DNA of 64,000 bases from Candidatus Poseidoniaceae archaeon (GTDB lineage: Archaea > Thermoplasmatota > Poseidoniia > Poseidoniales > Poseidoniaceae): contig CASICQ010000006.1 of assembly GCA_949373235.1 (NCBI GenBank), forward strand, positions 4,358-68,357. Direction: 5' to 3'. The translations under genes and the position numbers were made by a program. Positions 44,276-55,126 of this stretch are shown here, piece after piece; within the stretch, counting starts at the first letter, position 1, and each line of letters opens with the position of its first letter. The notes beneath the pieces were generated by a model. The model saw nothing but the letters and a program-made list of their open reading frames with translations. It was not told where the DNA came from and ran no database searches.

Positions 44276-46159
44276 TCACTCCAAGAAAATATCTTCTTGA
44301 TAACCCGTGATTTCTTCACCAGAACCATCTTCTTTGATGGTCACGGTGCCTTCATCATCGTCAAATTCTATGATTTTACCATAGACTTCTTCATCCTCAA
44401 GGGCTAAACCAATGTGGGATCCGATGTCGATTTCTTCGTCCGGTTCGTCTTCAGATTTTTCCTCTGAATCGTCATCTTCCCCAAGTTCATGTTCCTCAAA
44501 GGTATCTTCCAAAACCTCATCCATTTCTTCTTCAAGGGAATCATCTTCTTCCGATTCTTCGTCCTTATCTGCAGCGTCATCGTCCGAGGAGACCTCTTCT
44601 GCAGCGTCATCGTCCGAGGAGACCTCTTCTGAAGCGTCGGATTGATCGTCTAAAACTTCCTTCATAGCACGGGAACGCGCTCTCCACGTAGCCATGAGAA
44701 CCAAGTGCGCATACAGGCTACCAACGAGTGCTCCTGCGCCAAGAATCATGAATAGGATGCCATCCCAATAGAATCCTGCGGGCATGGACGAGGCATCACC
44801 TGCGAACGGGGTGAGTGAGTTTTTACAATCACCGACTTGATATTCGGGGTCACAGGCGTAAATATCACCGTTCACCAAATCATCTTGATGGATGAGGTTG
44901 CCCTTGATTTCGAGTTCCACTGTCCCTCCGGTCCCGTCAACAGAGAGTGGTCCGATTCCGCCAAATGCATTGAGCACCAAAAGGGCGATGAAAAGGCCAA
45001 ACGCCAAGTGCATTAGGGGCCAAACAATATCGTTCCACTGCTTGCCCATCATGCTTTTTTGCAGGTTTGTTGGGAATGGTTTTTCCGTTTTTTGCCCCGA
45101 TTCTTCTTCCATCAGTTCGTCAGCATCATCAAGTGCTTCTAGAGCGATAATAAATTCAAACATGTCAATTCTTCGATTTCCATCTCCGTCAACATCGATG
45201 AGGAAGTCTTCAATCTCCTCATAAGTTACTTCATCGTCCAGCAATGTTGTCAATGCATTTGTCAGTTCGGTAACGTCTGCGCCACCGTCTGCATCGCGGT
45301 CGAGTTTGGAAAAGAAATAATTTGGGGAAGTGCCTTCATCGTCCATAGCATCTGCAATTCTACGGATCAAGGGTATGCTTTCAGACACATCTTCGATTTC
45401 ATCGCTATGTTCGTGATCGTCCTCTGTCCCCTCTTCATCATCATCTTCTGATTCATCTTCATCGGATTGTTCGGAAGAATCCTCTTCGATGGGTTCGGTG
45501 CTTTCTTCATCAGCCTCTTCCGATTCTACTTCAGTAGACTCTATTTCGGAGGGTTCATCATCGACCTCTTCGGTGTCATCTTCTTCGTGTTCTGTGTCAG
45601 CTTCCTCTTGAGTTTCTGTAGGTTCATCATCCGTTTCTTCTACGGATTCTTCTTCTTCGGCGTCAGATGACAACGTTTCCAGTTCGCTTGGAGGGAGTTC
45701 TTCGCCAGTAATGGTTGCGTGTAATTCCCCAAGATCCAGGCGTCCATCTCCGTCCGAATCGATGGTCTCAATCAGCCGCTCGACTTGCGACGGTGGGAGA
45801 TCGGCGAGGTTTAAACTCAGCAAGCCAGTTTTCAGTTCGCTGGAATCAATTTGCCCGTCTCCATCGGTGTCGAACTTCTTGAACAGCATCGGAATTGTAA
45901 TTCCAGTTGTGGCAAGCCAATTCCTCAACACATCGACGACATCATCTGCAATGAATACAGTCCCACAGTGGGTGCACTTGGTGGAATCTAACGGGACGAG
46001 GCCATGGCAAGCGCCACATTCGCCCAGTGCCTCATCAGAAACGCCGGAAAAAGAGATATTACACTCGGGGCATGCTTCAGAATCGATTGGAATAACGGCT
46101 CGACAAGCACCACATTCGCCTGTGGCAACTTCATCAGTCTTGTCTTCAGTCATAGGCAC
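44276..46159 (-). CDS. Double-zinc-ribbon + four-EF-hand acidic membrane protein
   Basis: Four CxxC pairs; EF loops DTDGDGQIDSSE, DSDGDGRLDLGE, DRDADGGADVTE, DGDGNRRIDMFE; two TMs; small C-terminal beta domain. Confidence 0.85.
   Translation of the reverse strand: MPMTEDKTDEVATGECGACRAVIPIDSEACPECNISFSGVSDEALGECGACHGLVPLDSTKCTHCGTVFIADDVVDVLRNWLATTGITIPMLFKKFDTDGDGQIDSSELKTGLLSLNLADLPPSQVERLIETIDSDGDGRLDLGELHATITGEELPPSELETLSSDAEEEESVEETDDEPTETQEEADTEHEEDDTEEVDDEPSEIESTEVESEEADEESTEPIEEDSSEQSDEDESEDDDEEGTEDDHEHSDEIEDVSESIPLIRRIADAMDDEGTSPNYFFSKLDRDADGGADVTELTNALTTLLDDEVTYEEIEDFLIDVDGDGNRRIDMFEFIIALEALDDADELMEEESGQKTEKPFPTNLQKSMMGKQWNDIVWPLMHLAFGLFIALLVLNAFGGIGPLSVDGTGGTVELEIKGNLIHQDDLVNGDIYACDPEYQVGDCKNSLTPFAGDASSMPAGFYWDGILFMILGAGALVGSLYAHLVLMATWRARSRAMKEVLDDQSDASEEVSSDDDAAEEVSSDDDAADKDEESEEDDSLEEEMDEVLEDTFEEHELGEDDDSEEKSEDEPDEEIDIGSHIGLALEDEEVYGKIIEFDDDEGTVTIKEDGSGEEITGYQEDIFLE
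44568..44638. repeat. 30-bp in-frame tandem duplication (EEVSSDDDAA x2)
   Basis: TCTGCAGCGTCATCGTCCGAGGAGACCTCT at 44568 and 44598, partial at 44628. Confidence 0.9.
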
Positions 46160-46224
46160 ACCTATCTAACCGATGACAACAACGGATATAATGATTCATA
46201 GTCTTTCAACGGTTACCCGTACCA

Positions 46225-47115
46225 ATGGAGCAGTTGGCAGAGGCGTTCAACGGGAGTGATTCGGTCACCAAAGGTCAGCTTTTCAGCTGTGAAATGGATG
46301 CTGGAAAATCCCTTTTCGAGTGGGTTGACCACCTAGGCCAAACCAGCAATGAGCACATCGTATTCGTGTCGAGGTTACCACACCGCAGGCTCTTGAATCA
46401 AATTGACATCTCTAAAGTAGAAACATATTGGATGACCCATCGAGTTGGGCAAGCTCATGTAGCACCGGATCTTGATGAACTCCACGCGCTCATCCACACA
46501 AGAATCTCAAACCACCATGGTCTTATCGTGGTTGAGGGTCTTGAATGGCTGGTGACCCTCCACGGTGAAACAACAGTGCTCAATTACATTCGAACACTTC
46601 GCGATGATTTGCACCGCACTCAATGGACCCTCATTCTCGCTATTGACCCTCTTGCATTCAATTCGATTTGGCTTGCTCGTTTCAGGAGGGAGGCTCCATT
46701 GATGTCCTACACTCATGAACATCTCGAGCCAATGATGGAACTCGAATCTGAAGTACTTGAAGCCGATTTGGTTGAAACGCTTCCAGTTACGGAAGAAGGA
46801 TTGCCCGCTCTTGTCATGTTGAATCGGCTCCCGAAAAACGGGTTCACAAAGCAAATCCTCCGCAAACGAATTTTGCAGTGGAGGCGGATGGGATTGGATG
46901 TTTCTGAAGTAGAACCTGCACTTTATCTAGGCGATGATGAAGGATTTGAATTGTATGCATCCATCGAGTTGAAGGTGCGAACAGCTGTTGAACTAGAGCG
47001 TCAAATTGATGCTTGCAGCGAGGCGTTGAGCGCAAGTGAACTCACAACTGCTAAATTCCGACTTCGTCAACTCACCGGTTTTGATCAGATCAAGACCCTC
47101 ATCGATGCACTTTAA
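46225..47115 (+). CDS. DUF835-domain protein (inactive KaiC/RecA-like fold) with C-terminal helical domain
   Basis: VSRLPH, YWMT, P..L..L, IVVEGLEWL...G, F/Y+R.LRD, IDP.A pattern. Confidence 0.7.
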   Translation: MEQLAEAFNGSDSVTKGQLFSCEMDAGKSLFEWVDHLGQTSNEHIVFVSRLPHRRLLNQIDISKVETYWMTHRVGQAHVAPDLDELHALIHTRISNHHGLIVVEGLEWLVTLHGETTVLNYIRTLRDDLHRTQWTLILAIDPLAFNSIWLARFRREAPLMSYTHEHLEPMMELESEVLEADLVETLPVTEEGLPALVMLNRLPKNGFTKQILRKRILQWRRMGLDVSEVEPALYLGDDEGFELYASIELKVRTAVELERQIDACSEALSASELTTAKFRLRQLTGFDQIKTLIDAL

Positions 47116-48662
47116 CGTGGTATTCGACCAAGTTCCGCTTCAATTCTGGCCAACCATGCCCCATCGTTGAGTTCCTCGGCGATTAAAATTAATTCCTTGC
47201 TTGTGCTTCGATCACCAGTTAGTGGTTGAGCAATCGTCCGTACGCGCTGCTTGAGAGCTGCGACAAATGGAGCCGGTTCAGTGGCTTCGAATTCAAGTGC
47301 TTCACAAGCAACAAATAATTCACAAGCCAACACTTCCGCGAGGCGCTGGGTTGCTTCGAGAAGGTTCCATGCAGCGGTTGCCCCCATGCTCACGTGGTCT
47401 TCTTGACCCGCTGAAGTACTGGTCGAAAAGGCGGCTCGCGGCATAACATGGCCGTGCAGTTCGGCGAGTGAAGCCCCGGCAACATATTGAACGATCATCA
47501 AACCTGATTCAAGTCCTGAATTTTGAGCTAAGAATGCCGGCAATCCACTGCGCGCCGGGTCCAACATTTGGTCAATTCTTCGCTCTGAAATGGAGCCTAA
47601 TTCAAACAATGCTGCGCTCATGGAGTCAGCAGCAAGGGCGATCACTTCGCCATGGAAATTCCCTTGGGAAATCACTTCATGTGGCCCTGGATTCTGTGGA
47701 TCAGGGAAAATCAGAGGGTTGTCTGTAGCGCTGTTGAGTTCAATTTCTAGTGTTTCTACAAGGGCGTGATAGCGTTGCAAGACCGCTCCGTGAACTTGAG
47801 GTGCACAACGAAAAGAGTATGCATCTTGAACCTGGTCGCAATCCGCATGGGATGCGAGAATGGGAGAATCCGCCATGATGGCCCTGATCCGTTCCGCAAC
47901 AAGGCGTTGGCCTGGATGAGGCCGAGCTTGATGGACCCGTTCGTCTGATGGTTTGACGCTTGCTTTTCTTGCTTCCATCGATGTGCACAATATGAGATCT
48001 GCCAATGGCATGAGGGCGCTCAGCCGACGTTCTGCGAGCGTCATGAAGGCCAACATTTGACTCGTCCCATTGATCAGGGAGAGTCCGTCCTTAGCACGTA
48101 ATTTTATGCCAATCATGCCTTTTTCTGTCAAAACTACCTTTGTTGGTACTGCCTGACCTTGTTCTGATAAAACTTCACCTTCCCCAAGCAAAGCAAGAGC
48201 CATGTGGGATAGGGGTGCGAGATCACCGCTTGCACCTAAACTGCCAATTCGGGGCACGTAGGGGATGATGTCGTGATTTAAGAATGAAACAAGTTGCTCT
48301 AGAACTTCAGGGTGAACACCGGAATGACCCTTCACGAGGGAGTTGATTCGGACGACCATCATTGCTCGGACCGAGGCTCGAGTCATTGGTTCTCCTAAGC
48401 CAGTTGCGTGTGAGCGAATCAGATTTGTCTGTAGCGTAGCCAAATCGTCAGGGGAGATGCGTTGATGGACAAGAGCGCCAAATCCCGTGTTAATTCCGTA
48501 CACGGTTTCACCTCGCGCAAGGATGCCATCAACAACATCTCGTGCAATATTGACCCTCTGCCACGCAGCATCAGAAATGCTCACATCGGCATGGTTGGTG
48601 GCGACCCGTTCAACTTCTGCGGGTGTGAGTGTTGCTCCATCGAGTTGAACTGTCTGTCTCAT
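47112..48662 (-). CDS. hutH: Histidine ammonia-lyase
   Basis: YGINTGFG, GSLGASGDLAPL (MIO), QDAYSFRC, QEDHVSMG. Confidence 0.97.
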   Translation of the reverse strand: MRQTVQLDGATLTPAEVERVATNHADVSISDAAWQRVNIARDVVDGILARGETVYGINTGFGALVHQRISPDDLATLQTNLIRSHATGLGEPMTRASVRAMMVVRINSLVKGHSGVHPEVLEQLVSFLNHDIIPYVPRIGSLGASGDLAPLSHMALALLGEGEVLSEQGQAVPTKVVLTEKGMIGIKLRAKDGLSLINGTSQMLAFMTLAERRLSALMPLADLILCTSMEARKASVKPSDERVHQARPHPGQRLVAERIRAIMADSPILASHADCDQVQDAYSFRCAPQVHGAVLQRYHALVETLEIELNSATDNPLIFPDPQNPGPHEVISQGNFHGEVIALAADSMSAALFELGSISERRIDQMLDPARSGLPAFLAQNSGLESGLMIVQYVAGASLAELHGHVMPRAAFSTSTSAGQEDHVSMGATAAWNLLEATQRLAEVLACELFVACEALEFEATEPAPFVAALKQRVRTIAQPLTGDRSTSKELILIAEELNDGAWLARIEAELGRIPR

Positions 48663-50698
48663 TGTTTACCCGCTCCTTTGAATGTTTGATCAATCAAATC
48701 ATCGCTTGCATGATGAGGGAGTGTAACATGCAACCGATCGTTCGCCTGCATGGCTCTTTTGATTGCAAAATCAGCGCCATCATTGCGCGCCCATGCTCGG
48801 CGGGCAACACCGTTGTTGACATCCCAGTGCAACATCGACTGGAGTTTTTCTTCACATGCTGGAGTCCCGTCCAAAAGCATTCCAAAACCACCGTTGATGA
48901 CCTGCCCCCATCCAACGCCGCCTCCGTTGTGAAGGCTAACCCATGTTGCTCCTCGAAACGCATCACCGACGAAGTTCTGAACCGCCATATCGGCTGTCCA
49001 CATGGAACCATCTCGAATGTTTGCGGTTTCTCTGTATGGGCTGTCGGTGCCTGATACATCATGGTGGTCGCGTCCAAGAACAATTGGTCCTGACAACTCA
49101 CCGCTGGCTATGGCGCTGTTCATGGCTGAGGCTATGCGGCGGCGTCCTTCATCATCTGCATAGAGAATTCTCGCTTGGGATCCTACAACCATGTTGTTTT
49201 GGCCAGCCTCTGTAATCCATCGAATGTTGTCCTTCATTTGTTGTGTTATTTCGGTGGGTGCTGTGTCCAACATCTCCTCTAACACTTCCTTTGCAATCCT
49301 ATCGGTGATCTCTAAATCTTTAGGATCGCCTGAGCAGCAGACCCAGCGATAAGGTCCGAATCCATAGTCGAAGCACATTGGTCCCATGATGTCTTCAACA
49401 TAACTTGGGTACCGGAATGATCCGTCGTCATTCAACACATCTGCGCCAGCCCGGCTTGCTTCGAGGAGGAACGCATTGCCATAATCCCAGAAGTACATTC
49501 CATTGTTCGACATGGCGTTGACTGCTTCAGCATGCCGAATCAATGTCTTACGAACTTCTTCCGCAAAGACCGCTGGGTTATCAGACAGCATGGCAGCCGC
49601 CTCGTCGTATGGAATCCCGACCGGGAAATAACCACCTTGGAAGGGGTTGTGAAGGCTGGTTTGGTCGGAACCGAGGTCCACGTTGATGTTGCGCTCGACT
49701 AAACGCTCCCACAATTCCACGATGTTGCCAATAAGACCGATTGATTTTGCTTCTTTATTGTCAGCTGCCTCGACCATCCTGTCGATGGCCACATCGATCT
49801 CATCTGTTACCTCTGTTAACCAACCTTGTTCATGGCGCTTGTAAGCGGCATGGGCGTTTGATTCTGCCACAATGCATGAGGCGCCGGCAATGACTGCGGC
49901 TTTTGCTTGGGCACCAGACATGCCTCCAAGACCAGAGGTTACGAATGTCACCCCACCGAGGCCCGCGTCCCCAGCGAGGCCTAAATGGGCCCTTGCGGCG
50001 TTCAAGAGTGTGATGGTTGTCCCGTGAACAATACCTTGAGGGCCAATGTACATGTAAGAGCCTGCGGTCATTTGCCCGTATTGCGTGACACCCATTGCGT
50101 TGAGGCGTTCGTAGTTGTCAGGCGTTGATTCGCTTGGAATCATCATGCCGTTTGTGACAACAACCCGTGGAGCGTGCGCATTCGATGGGAACAAACCCAT
50201 GGGGTGGCCCGAATACATCACCAACGTTTGCTCGTCATCCATTTGCGAAAGGTATTGCATGCACAACCTGTATTGCGCCCAATTTTGAAACACACTTCCG
50301 TTGCCACCGTAGGTGATTAATTCGTGTGGGAACTGAGCAACGGCTGGATCCAGGTTGTTTTGAATCATCAACATAATCGATGCGGCGTGCATTGAGCGGG
50401 CAGGATATGCGTCGATTGGATGCGCCTTCATTTCGTATTCTGTGGGCCGGAACCGCCACATGACAATCCGGCCAAACGTGTTGAGTTCTTCCGCAAATTC
50501 TGGAGCTAAGATTTCATGGTGTGCGTCATCAAAGTATCTTAGTGCGTTGCGAAGGGCCAGTTTCTTTTCCTTTCTTGTTAGAATTTGACGACGGTGAGGT
50601 GCATGATCGACGTTTGGATCTAAACCGGGATGAACTGGCAATTCCTGGGGAATGCCCTCTGCAATATGGGCCCTCAAACCGCGGAATCCATCGCCCAT
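48659..50698 (-). CDS. hutU: Urocanate hydratase (long ~680-aa form)
   Basis: NNLDP.VAQ, YGQMTAGS..YIGPQGIVHGT, GLGGMSGAQ, GRDHHD, HNGGGVG. Confidence 0.97.
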   Translation of the reverse strand: MGDGFRGLRAHIAEGIPQELPVHPGLDPNVDHAPHRRQILTRKEKKLALRNALRYFDDAHHEILAPEFAEELNTFGRIVMWRFRPTEYEMKAHPIDAYPARSMHAASIMLMIQNNLDPAVAQFPHELITYGGNGSVFQNWAQYRLCMQYLSQMDDEQTLVMYSGHPMGLFPSNAHAPRVVVTNGMMIPSESTPDNYERLNAMGVTQYGQMTAGSYMYIGPQGIVHGTTITLLNAARAHLGLAGDAGLGGVTFVTSGLGGMSGAQAKAAVIAGASCIVAESNAHAAYKRHEQGWLTEVTDEIDVAIDRMVEAADNKEAKSIGLIGNIVELWERLVERNINVDLGSDQTSLHNPFQGGYFPVGIPYDEAAAMLSDNPAVFAEEVRKTLIRHAEAVNAMSNNGMYFWDYGNAFLLEASRAGADVLNDDGSFRYPSYVEDIMGPMCFDYGFGPYRWVCCSGDPKDLEITDRIAKEVLEEMLDTAPTEITQQMKDNIRWITEAGQNNMVVGSQARILYADDEGRRRIASAMNSAIASGELSGPIVLGRDHHDVSGTDSPYRETANIRDGSMWTADMAVQNFVGDAFRGATWVSLHNGGGVGWGQVINGGFGMLLDGTPACEEKLQSMLHWDVNNGVARRAWARNDGADFAIKRAMQANDRLHVTLPHHASDDLIDQTFKGAGKQ

Positions 50699-50753
50699 GC
50701 CGCAACCAAACAGAACCCATCCTTGAGCGTTCGTATTGAGGGGTGTCTTGTCC

Positions 50754-51995
50754 TCATGCTCGGTTGGGTTCAGCGCGCCACATAGAGAAAAATGCTCCAG
50801 AGACCATCATAATCACTGAAAAAATCAAGAAACCATTCCGCAGTGTAAAGAACTCCTGTTCGAGAAGGTAGCCAGCAGCGGCGCTGGAGATGGAAAAGGC
50901 AATCGACATGAGCAACATATCCATGGAGAACACTCGTCCTCTCACCTCATCCTCGACCCATTGTTGTGTCAGAATGGTTGAAAGGACCCAATTGGCACCT
51001 GATGCTGAATGTGCCAGCATTACCAACGCCATGGTGAGGTATAATGAATAATCGAGTGTAAGGCCTACAAGGAAGTAAAACGCCCCTGAAACCATGACCA
51101 ATATCCCCACTAGTGTGGGCCACCGTTCTTCATTGGTGAGGAATTTTCTTGCTGCAATTGGCCCAAGCCCGGTCCCTACACCTCTTGCGAAGAAGAAGAT
51201 TCCAAACCCTAGGGCCATTCCAAATCCGTCGACATCCGATCCTGCAACCACCAAGAATACACCAGCCAATCCTCCCCCTGCGATGTTCCATGAAGACTTA
51301 GCAAAGACGATCCGTTGGAGGCGCTTTTCTCCAGCAATACGCGCCCAACCGTTTCTGATGTTGGATATTGCAGTGGAAAAAAGAGGACCTTTCATGCTTT
51401 CATCTATCTTTTGTGGAATGGTCAATTTGCGCAGTAAAAAGGCACTGAAGGCAAAAGTCACAGCATCGATGATGAATGCAGCGTTCGTACCGTAAAACTC
51501 CACTACGATACCACCCATCATGGCGCCAATGCACAATGCGGTGGACCAGCTTGCTGCATCAAGTGCGTTGGCAGTCGCCAGATGTTCAGGCGGAACGATG
51601 TTTGGTAGAGCGGCACGTTCTGCGGTCACGTACATGCCGTGGAGGATCATCATCAAACCGGTAAGAATGTAAATCCAAACGATGTCCTCTGGGCCATCAA
51701 TCAACAAAAAGCAGAGTGCTAATGCGACTTGAATGAGGTTTGTCCACACCATGATAATCTTGCGATTGAAACGATCGGCAAGCAGACCTCCGAACGGCTG
51801 AAATGCAGCAAAACAAAGCATGCGCATGGTAAACAACAATCCGAGAAGAAATTCCGAATCTGTGTATTCGAAGATGATCAAGAACAGAGCAATGGTGTTG
51901 AACCATTCACCCAACATCGAGATGACAGATGCCGACCAAAGACGCCTGAATGCGTGGTTGGTTCGAATCAATTCGAGGTAACCGATTTGCTTCAT
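50754..51995 (-). CDS. MFS transporter
   Basis: 12 TMs, GLLADRFNRK motif A, RGRVFS. Confidence 0.9.
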   Translation of the reverse strand: MKQIGYLELIRTNHAFRRLWSASVISMLGEWFNTIALFLIIFEYTDSEFLLGLLFTMRMLCFAAFQPFGGLLADRFNRKIIMVWTNLIQVALALCFLLIDGPEDIVWIYILTGLMMILHGMYVTAERAALPNIVPPEHLATANALDAASWSTALCIGAMMGGIVVEFYGTNAAFIIDAVTFAFSAFLLRKLTIPQKIDESMKGPLFSTAISNIRNGWARIAGEKRLQRIVFAKSSWNIAGGGLAGVFLVVAGSDVDGFGMALGFGIFFFARGVGTGLGPIAARKFLTNEERWPTLVGILVMVSGAFYFLVGLTLDYSLYLTMALVMLAHSASGANWVLSTILTQQWVEDEVRGRVFSMDMLLMSIAFSISSAAAGYLLEQEFFTLRNGFLIFSVIMMVSGAFFSMWRAEPNRA

Positions 51996-54289
51996 TCTTC
52001 CTCATGCACCCTGTTGGTTGTGAGGTTGTCATCAATTGAGACAATGATCCATTTTGAAGTTGGCGTATTGGAACCGGCCGCAGTGGAATCGAGTGGCACG
52101 AGCGTGTTTGATTCTGGGAAGTAGGTGGCTATGTTTCCGCTCGGAATATCATAAGCAACCAACTGCCAATGAGCGGATTTTCGTTCAACGCCATCAAAGT
52201 GGCTTGTAAGTTGAACTTCTTGTCGGTTTTTCCATCCCCTTTTGGCCATGTCTGTTGCGTTCATGAGGACGACTCTGCGGTTGCCGTGAATGCCACGGTA
52301 TCGATCGTGCACATCATAGATGGTTGTGTTGTACTGATCGTGAGAACGCATGGTCATCATGACGTAGCAATCATCGGGTACAGACACGTCAGGAAGGGCG
52401 TGAGCAGTAAAGTGTGCAAAACCATCATCGGTGGCGAATGATCGAGTATCGCGTGGCGGGTTCGGGAGTGCGAAACCGTTCGGTTCTCGAACGCGTTCGT
52501 TATACCGTTCAAACCCTGCAAGGCTTTCAGCCATGAGGTCACGAATCCCATCGTAATGATTCACGAGGTTCATCCAATCGAGTTTTGCATCTTTCAGTGA
52601 TGCGGTTGCTAAATGGGCGACAATGGCGGGTTCGCTCATCAGATCAGGGGATGCGGGTTTCAAACCGCCCGTCGATTTGTGGACGATGCCCATGGAATTT
52701 TCAACGGTGACAAATTGTTCACCATCGGCTTGTTGATCAATTTCAGTGCGACCAAGGCAAGGAAGGATGATGGCTGTTTTTCCAGTGATCAGGTGGGAAC
52801 GGTTCAATTTTGTAGAAACTTGTACCGTTAAGTCGATTTTCCTAAGACCTTTCGCAGTTTGGTGTGTATCGGGTGTGGCGGATAGGAAGTTCCCTCCCAT
52901 GCAGAAGAACACGCTCACTTTCCCTTTATTCATGGCACGAATTGCGTTGACAACATCGTAACCGTGCTTTCGTGGCATCGGGAATCCAAGGCCCTTTTCC
53001 ATTCGGTCAAGGAAGGCATCGGATGGTGCTTCCCATATACCGACCGTCCGGTCACCTTGAACGTTTGAATGCCCTCTTACTGGGCAGAAACCGGCACCTG
53101 GTTTACCTACATGGCCGCCCATGAGCAAGAGGTTGACGACTTCCTGAATCACTGCGACGCCGTTTGGTTGTTGCGTGAGGCCCATTGCCCAACACGCGAT
53201 TGTTGCGTTTGAAGATGCGAGCAAGGCACCAACCGATTCAATCACCTCTCGGTCCAAGCCTGTGTCTCGAACAATCTCCTTCCATGAAGTTGCGATTGCT
53301 TGTTGGCACATCGCCTCATAGCCTCGTGTGGAATTTTTGATGAAACTTGCATCTGTTTGACCCTTCTGGATGTGAGTTTTGATGAATCCCTTCATCAGAG
53401 CTGCGTCCCCTCCAATTTTCACTTGCAGATGGTGATCTGATAATTTCGTAGTTTTGAAGTCTAACTTCATGTAATCTTGAGGGTGTTTGAATCGTTCAAG
53501 TCCCGCTTCGGGTAGAGGATTGATGTGTATGATTTGGGCACCGTTATGCTTTGCATCGCGCAGGGCCGTAAGCATCCGTGGGTGATTTGTACCAGGGTTT
53601 TGACCAATAACCAAGATGACTTCTGCTTCATTGAAATCTTCCAATGTCACCGTTCCTTTGCCAATGCCAATGGTTTCACCCAAGCCCTTTCCGCTCGATT
53701 CGTGACACATGTTAGAACAATCAGGCATGTTGTTGGTGCCAAGGGCTCGAACATAGGCTTGGTAGAGGAAGGCGGCTTCGTTTGATGTGCGTCCCGATGT
53801 GTAAAACACCGCTTGTTCGGGACGGTCAAGGTTGGAGATGGTTGAGCCAATGTGGTTGAACGCGTCCTTCCAAGAAATTGTGGTGTAATGCGTCGCACCG
53901 GTTTTCAAAATCATTGGATGGGCAATTCGGCCTTGTTTATTCAGCCAGTGATCGCTTTTCCCAGTGAGTTCCTTCACGCTGTATTTTTGGAAAAATTGAG
54001 GGTTAACCTTTGCTTTCATGGCTTCGTCTGCCACGGCTTTGGCCCCATTCTCGCAAAATTCAAACGACGTTCTGTGCGATGGGTCAGGCCAAGCGCATCC
54101 TGGGCAGTCAAAGCCTGCCTGTTGGTTCACCATGGTCAGGGTTCGAACCGTTTTTAGGAGGCCCATTTTTTTGATTCCATGGCTCATTGAAGACAATGCA
54201 GCTGGAATTCCCGCTGCTGATTTCTTTGGTTTCCCTAGCCTTAGTTTGAGATTATCCTTGGGCGTTTCCGGTGAAAGGTGTTCCTTCAT
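51992..54289 (-). CDS. ydeP: FdhF/YdeP-family molybdopterin oxidoreductase
   Basis: GFDCPGCAWPD, FCENGAKA, SGRTSNE, PDCSNMCHES, RGHSNVQG, RSHDQYNT. Confidence 0.92.
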   Translation of the reverse strand: MKEHLSPETPKDNLKLRLGKPKKSAAGIPAALSSMSHGIKKMGLLKTVRTLTMVNQQAGFDCPGCAWPDPSHRTSFEFCENGAKAVADEAMKAKVNPQFFQKYSVKELTGKSDHWLNKQGRIAHPMILKTGATHYTTISWKDAFNHIGSTISNLDRPEQAVFYTSGRTSNEAAFLYQAYVRALGTNNMPDCSNMCHESSGKGLGETIGIGKGTVTLEDFNEAEVILVIGQNPGTNHPRMLTALRDAKHNGAQIIHINPLPEAGLERFKHPQDYMKLDFKTTKLSDHHLQVKIGGDAALMKGFIKTHIQKGQTDASFIKNSTRGYEAMCQQAIATSWKEIVRDTGLDREVIESVGALLASSNATIACWAMGLTQQPNGVAVIQEVVNLLLMGGHVGKPGAGFCPVRGHSNVQGDRTVGIWEAPSDAFLDRMEKGLGFPMPRKHGYDVVNAIRAMNKGKVSVFFCMGGNFLSATPDTHQTAKGLRKIDLTVQVSTKLNRSHLITGKTAIILPCLGRTEIDQQADGEQFVTVENSMGIVHKSTGGLKPASPDLMSEPAIVAHLATASLKDAKLDWMNLVNHYDGIRDLMAESLAGFERYNERVREPNGFALPNPPRDTRSFATDDGFAHFTAHALPDVSVPDDCYVMMTMRSHDQYNTTIYDVHDRYRGIHGNRRVVLMNATDMAKRGWKNRQEVQLTSHFDGVERKSAHWQLVAYDIPSGNIATYFPESNTLVPLDSTAAGSNTPTSKWIIVSIDDNLTTNRVHEEE

Positions 54290-54325
54290 AGACAAGCCCC
54301 AAGCCAAACGGGCCGGCTGCAGTTC

Positions 54326-55126
54326 TCAAGGCTTGCCGTTCGGAGAAGCACCAATAGCCCCAATTGCCACACAAGAGCTCGGTTTCACGAAACTAAAAAT
54401 TCTGATTCCCAAAGCCCTTGCCGTTTCGGCAGCCAATGAAGAACAAGCACCCACACACGCAATTGTACCAATGCCAGCGCGGGCGGATTTGGCTACGATA
54501 TCCCAGCCACAGCGCCCCGACAAGAGCAATATGGTTTTGGCTTCGATGGTTCGGTTGACCAGAGCCATACCAACCACCTTGTCCACAGCGTTGTGCCGTC
54601 CAATGTCTTCAGCCACATACGTCAGACCTGTGTTGGGCATCAACAAACCTGCTCCATGCATACCACCTGTGGTTTGGAACCCGACTTGCATTTTTTTCAT
54701 TGCGCTAAAGCCGGCATCTAAAATGATCAAATCCACGGCTCGGTGTTCGCCAAGGTACGTCGGCAGTCCGTTGATTAAATCCTCAAGCCCAGGTGAGTCG
54801 CAAGCTCCACATGATGTTGAAACATAGCGCTCGGCGTTCACCGTCGATGGTGGGTTGGGCAGCGTGTCAGAGCTTAGGACAACATAGCCATGCTCCTTCG
54901 AAGTGGTGGTTGTTAATTTGGCTTGGTTCATTTCCCCATAGCCCTCTGTCGCGCAATGGCCAATAAACAAAGACCGAAGGTTTTCAGGGGTTCCAAGAAG
55001 CGATACAAAGGTTCCATTTGCATCTTGGAGTCGGATGAGGGCCTCATGTGCTAAATCATCAGTTTGGATCGAAGCATCTGTTGTCGTTAACCGCTGAATT
55101 CCAAAAGCCAAAGAAAGATCAGTCAA
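54326..55126 (-). CDS. fdhD: Formate dehydrogenase accessory sulfurtransferase
   Basis: SCGAC, TGGMHGA, EDIGRHNAVDK, SGR. Confidence 0.92.
   Translation of the reverse strand: MTDLSLAFGIQRLTTTDASIQTDDLAHEALIRLQDANGTFVSLLGTPENLRSLFIGHCATEGYGEMNQAKLTTTTSKEHGYVVLSSDTLPNPPSTVNAERYVSTSCGACDSPGLEDLINGLPTYLGEHRAVDLIILDAGFSAMKKMQVGFQTTGGMHGAGLLMPNTGLTYVAEDIGRHNAVDKVVGMALVNRTIEAKTILLLSGRCGWDIVAKSARAGIGTIACVGACSSLAAETARALGIRIFSFVKPSSCVAIGAIGASPNGKP

Noticed and set aside
51992-54289. Selenocysteine formate dehydrogenase
   Set aside because: No in-frame TGA; the ligand position is Cys (NMCHES).
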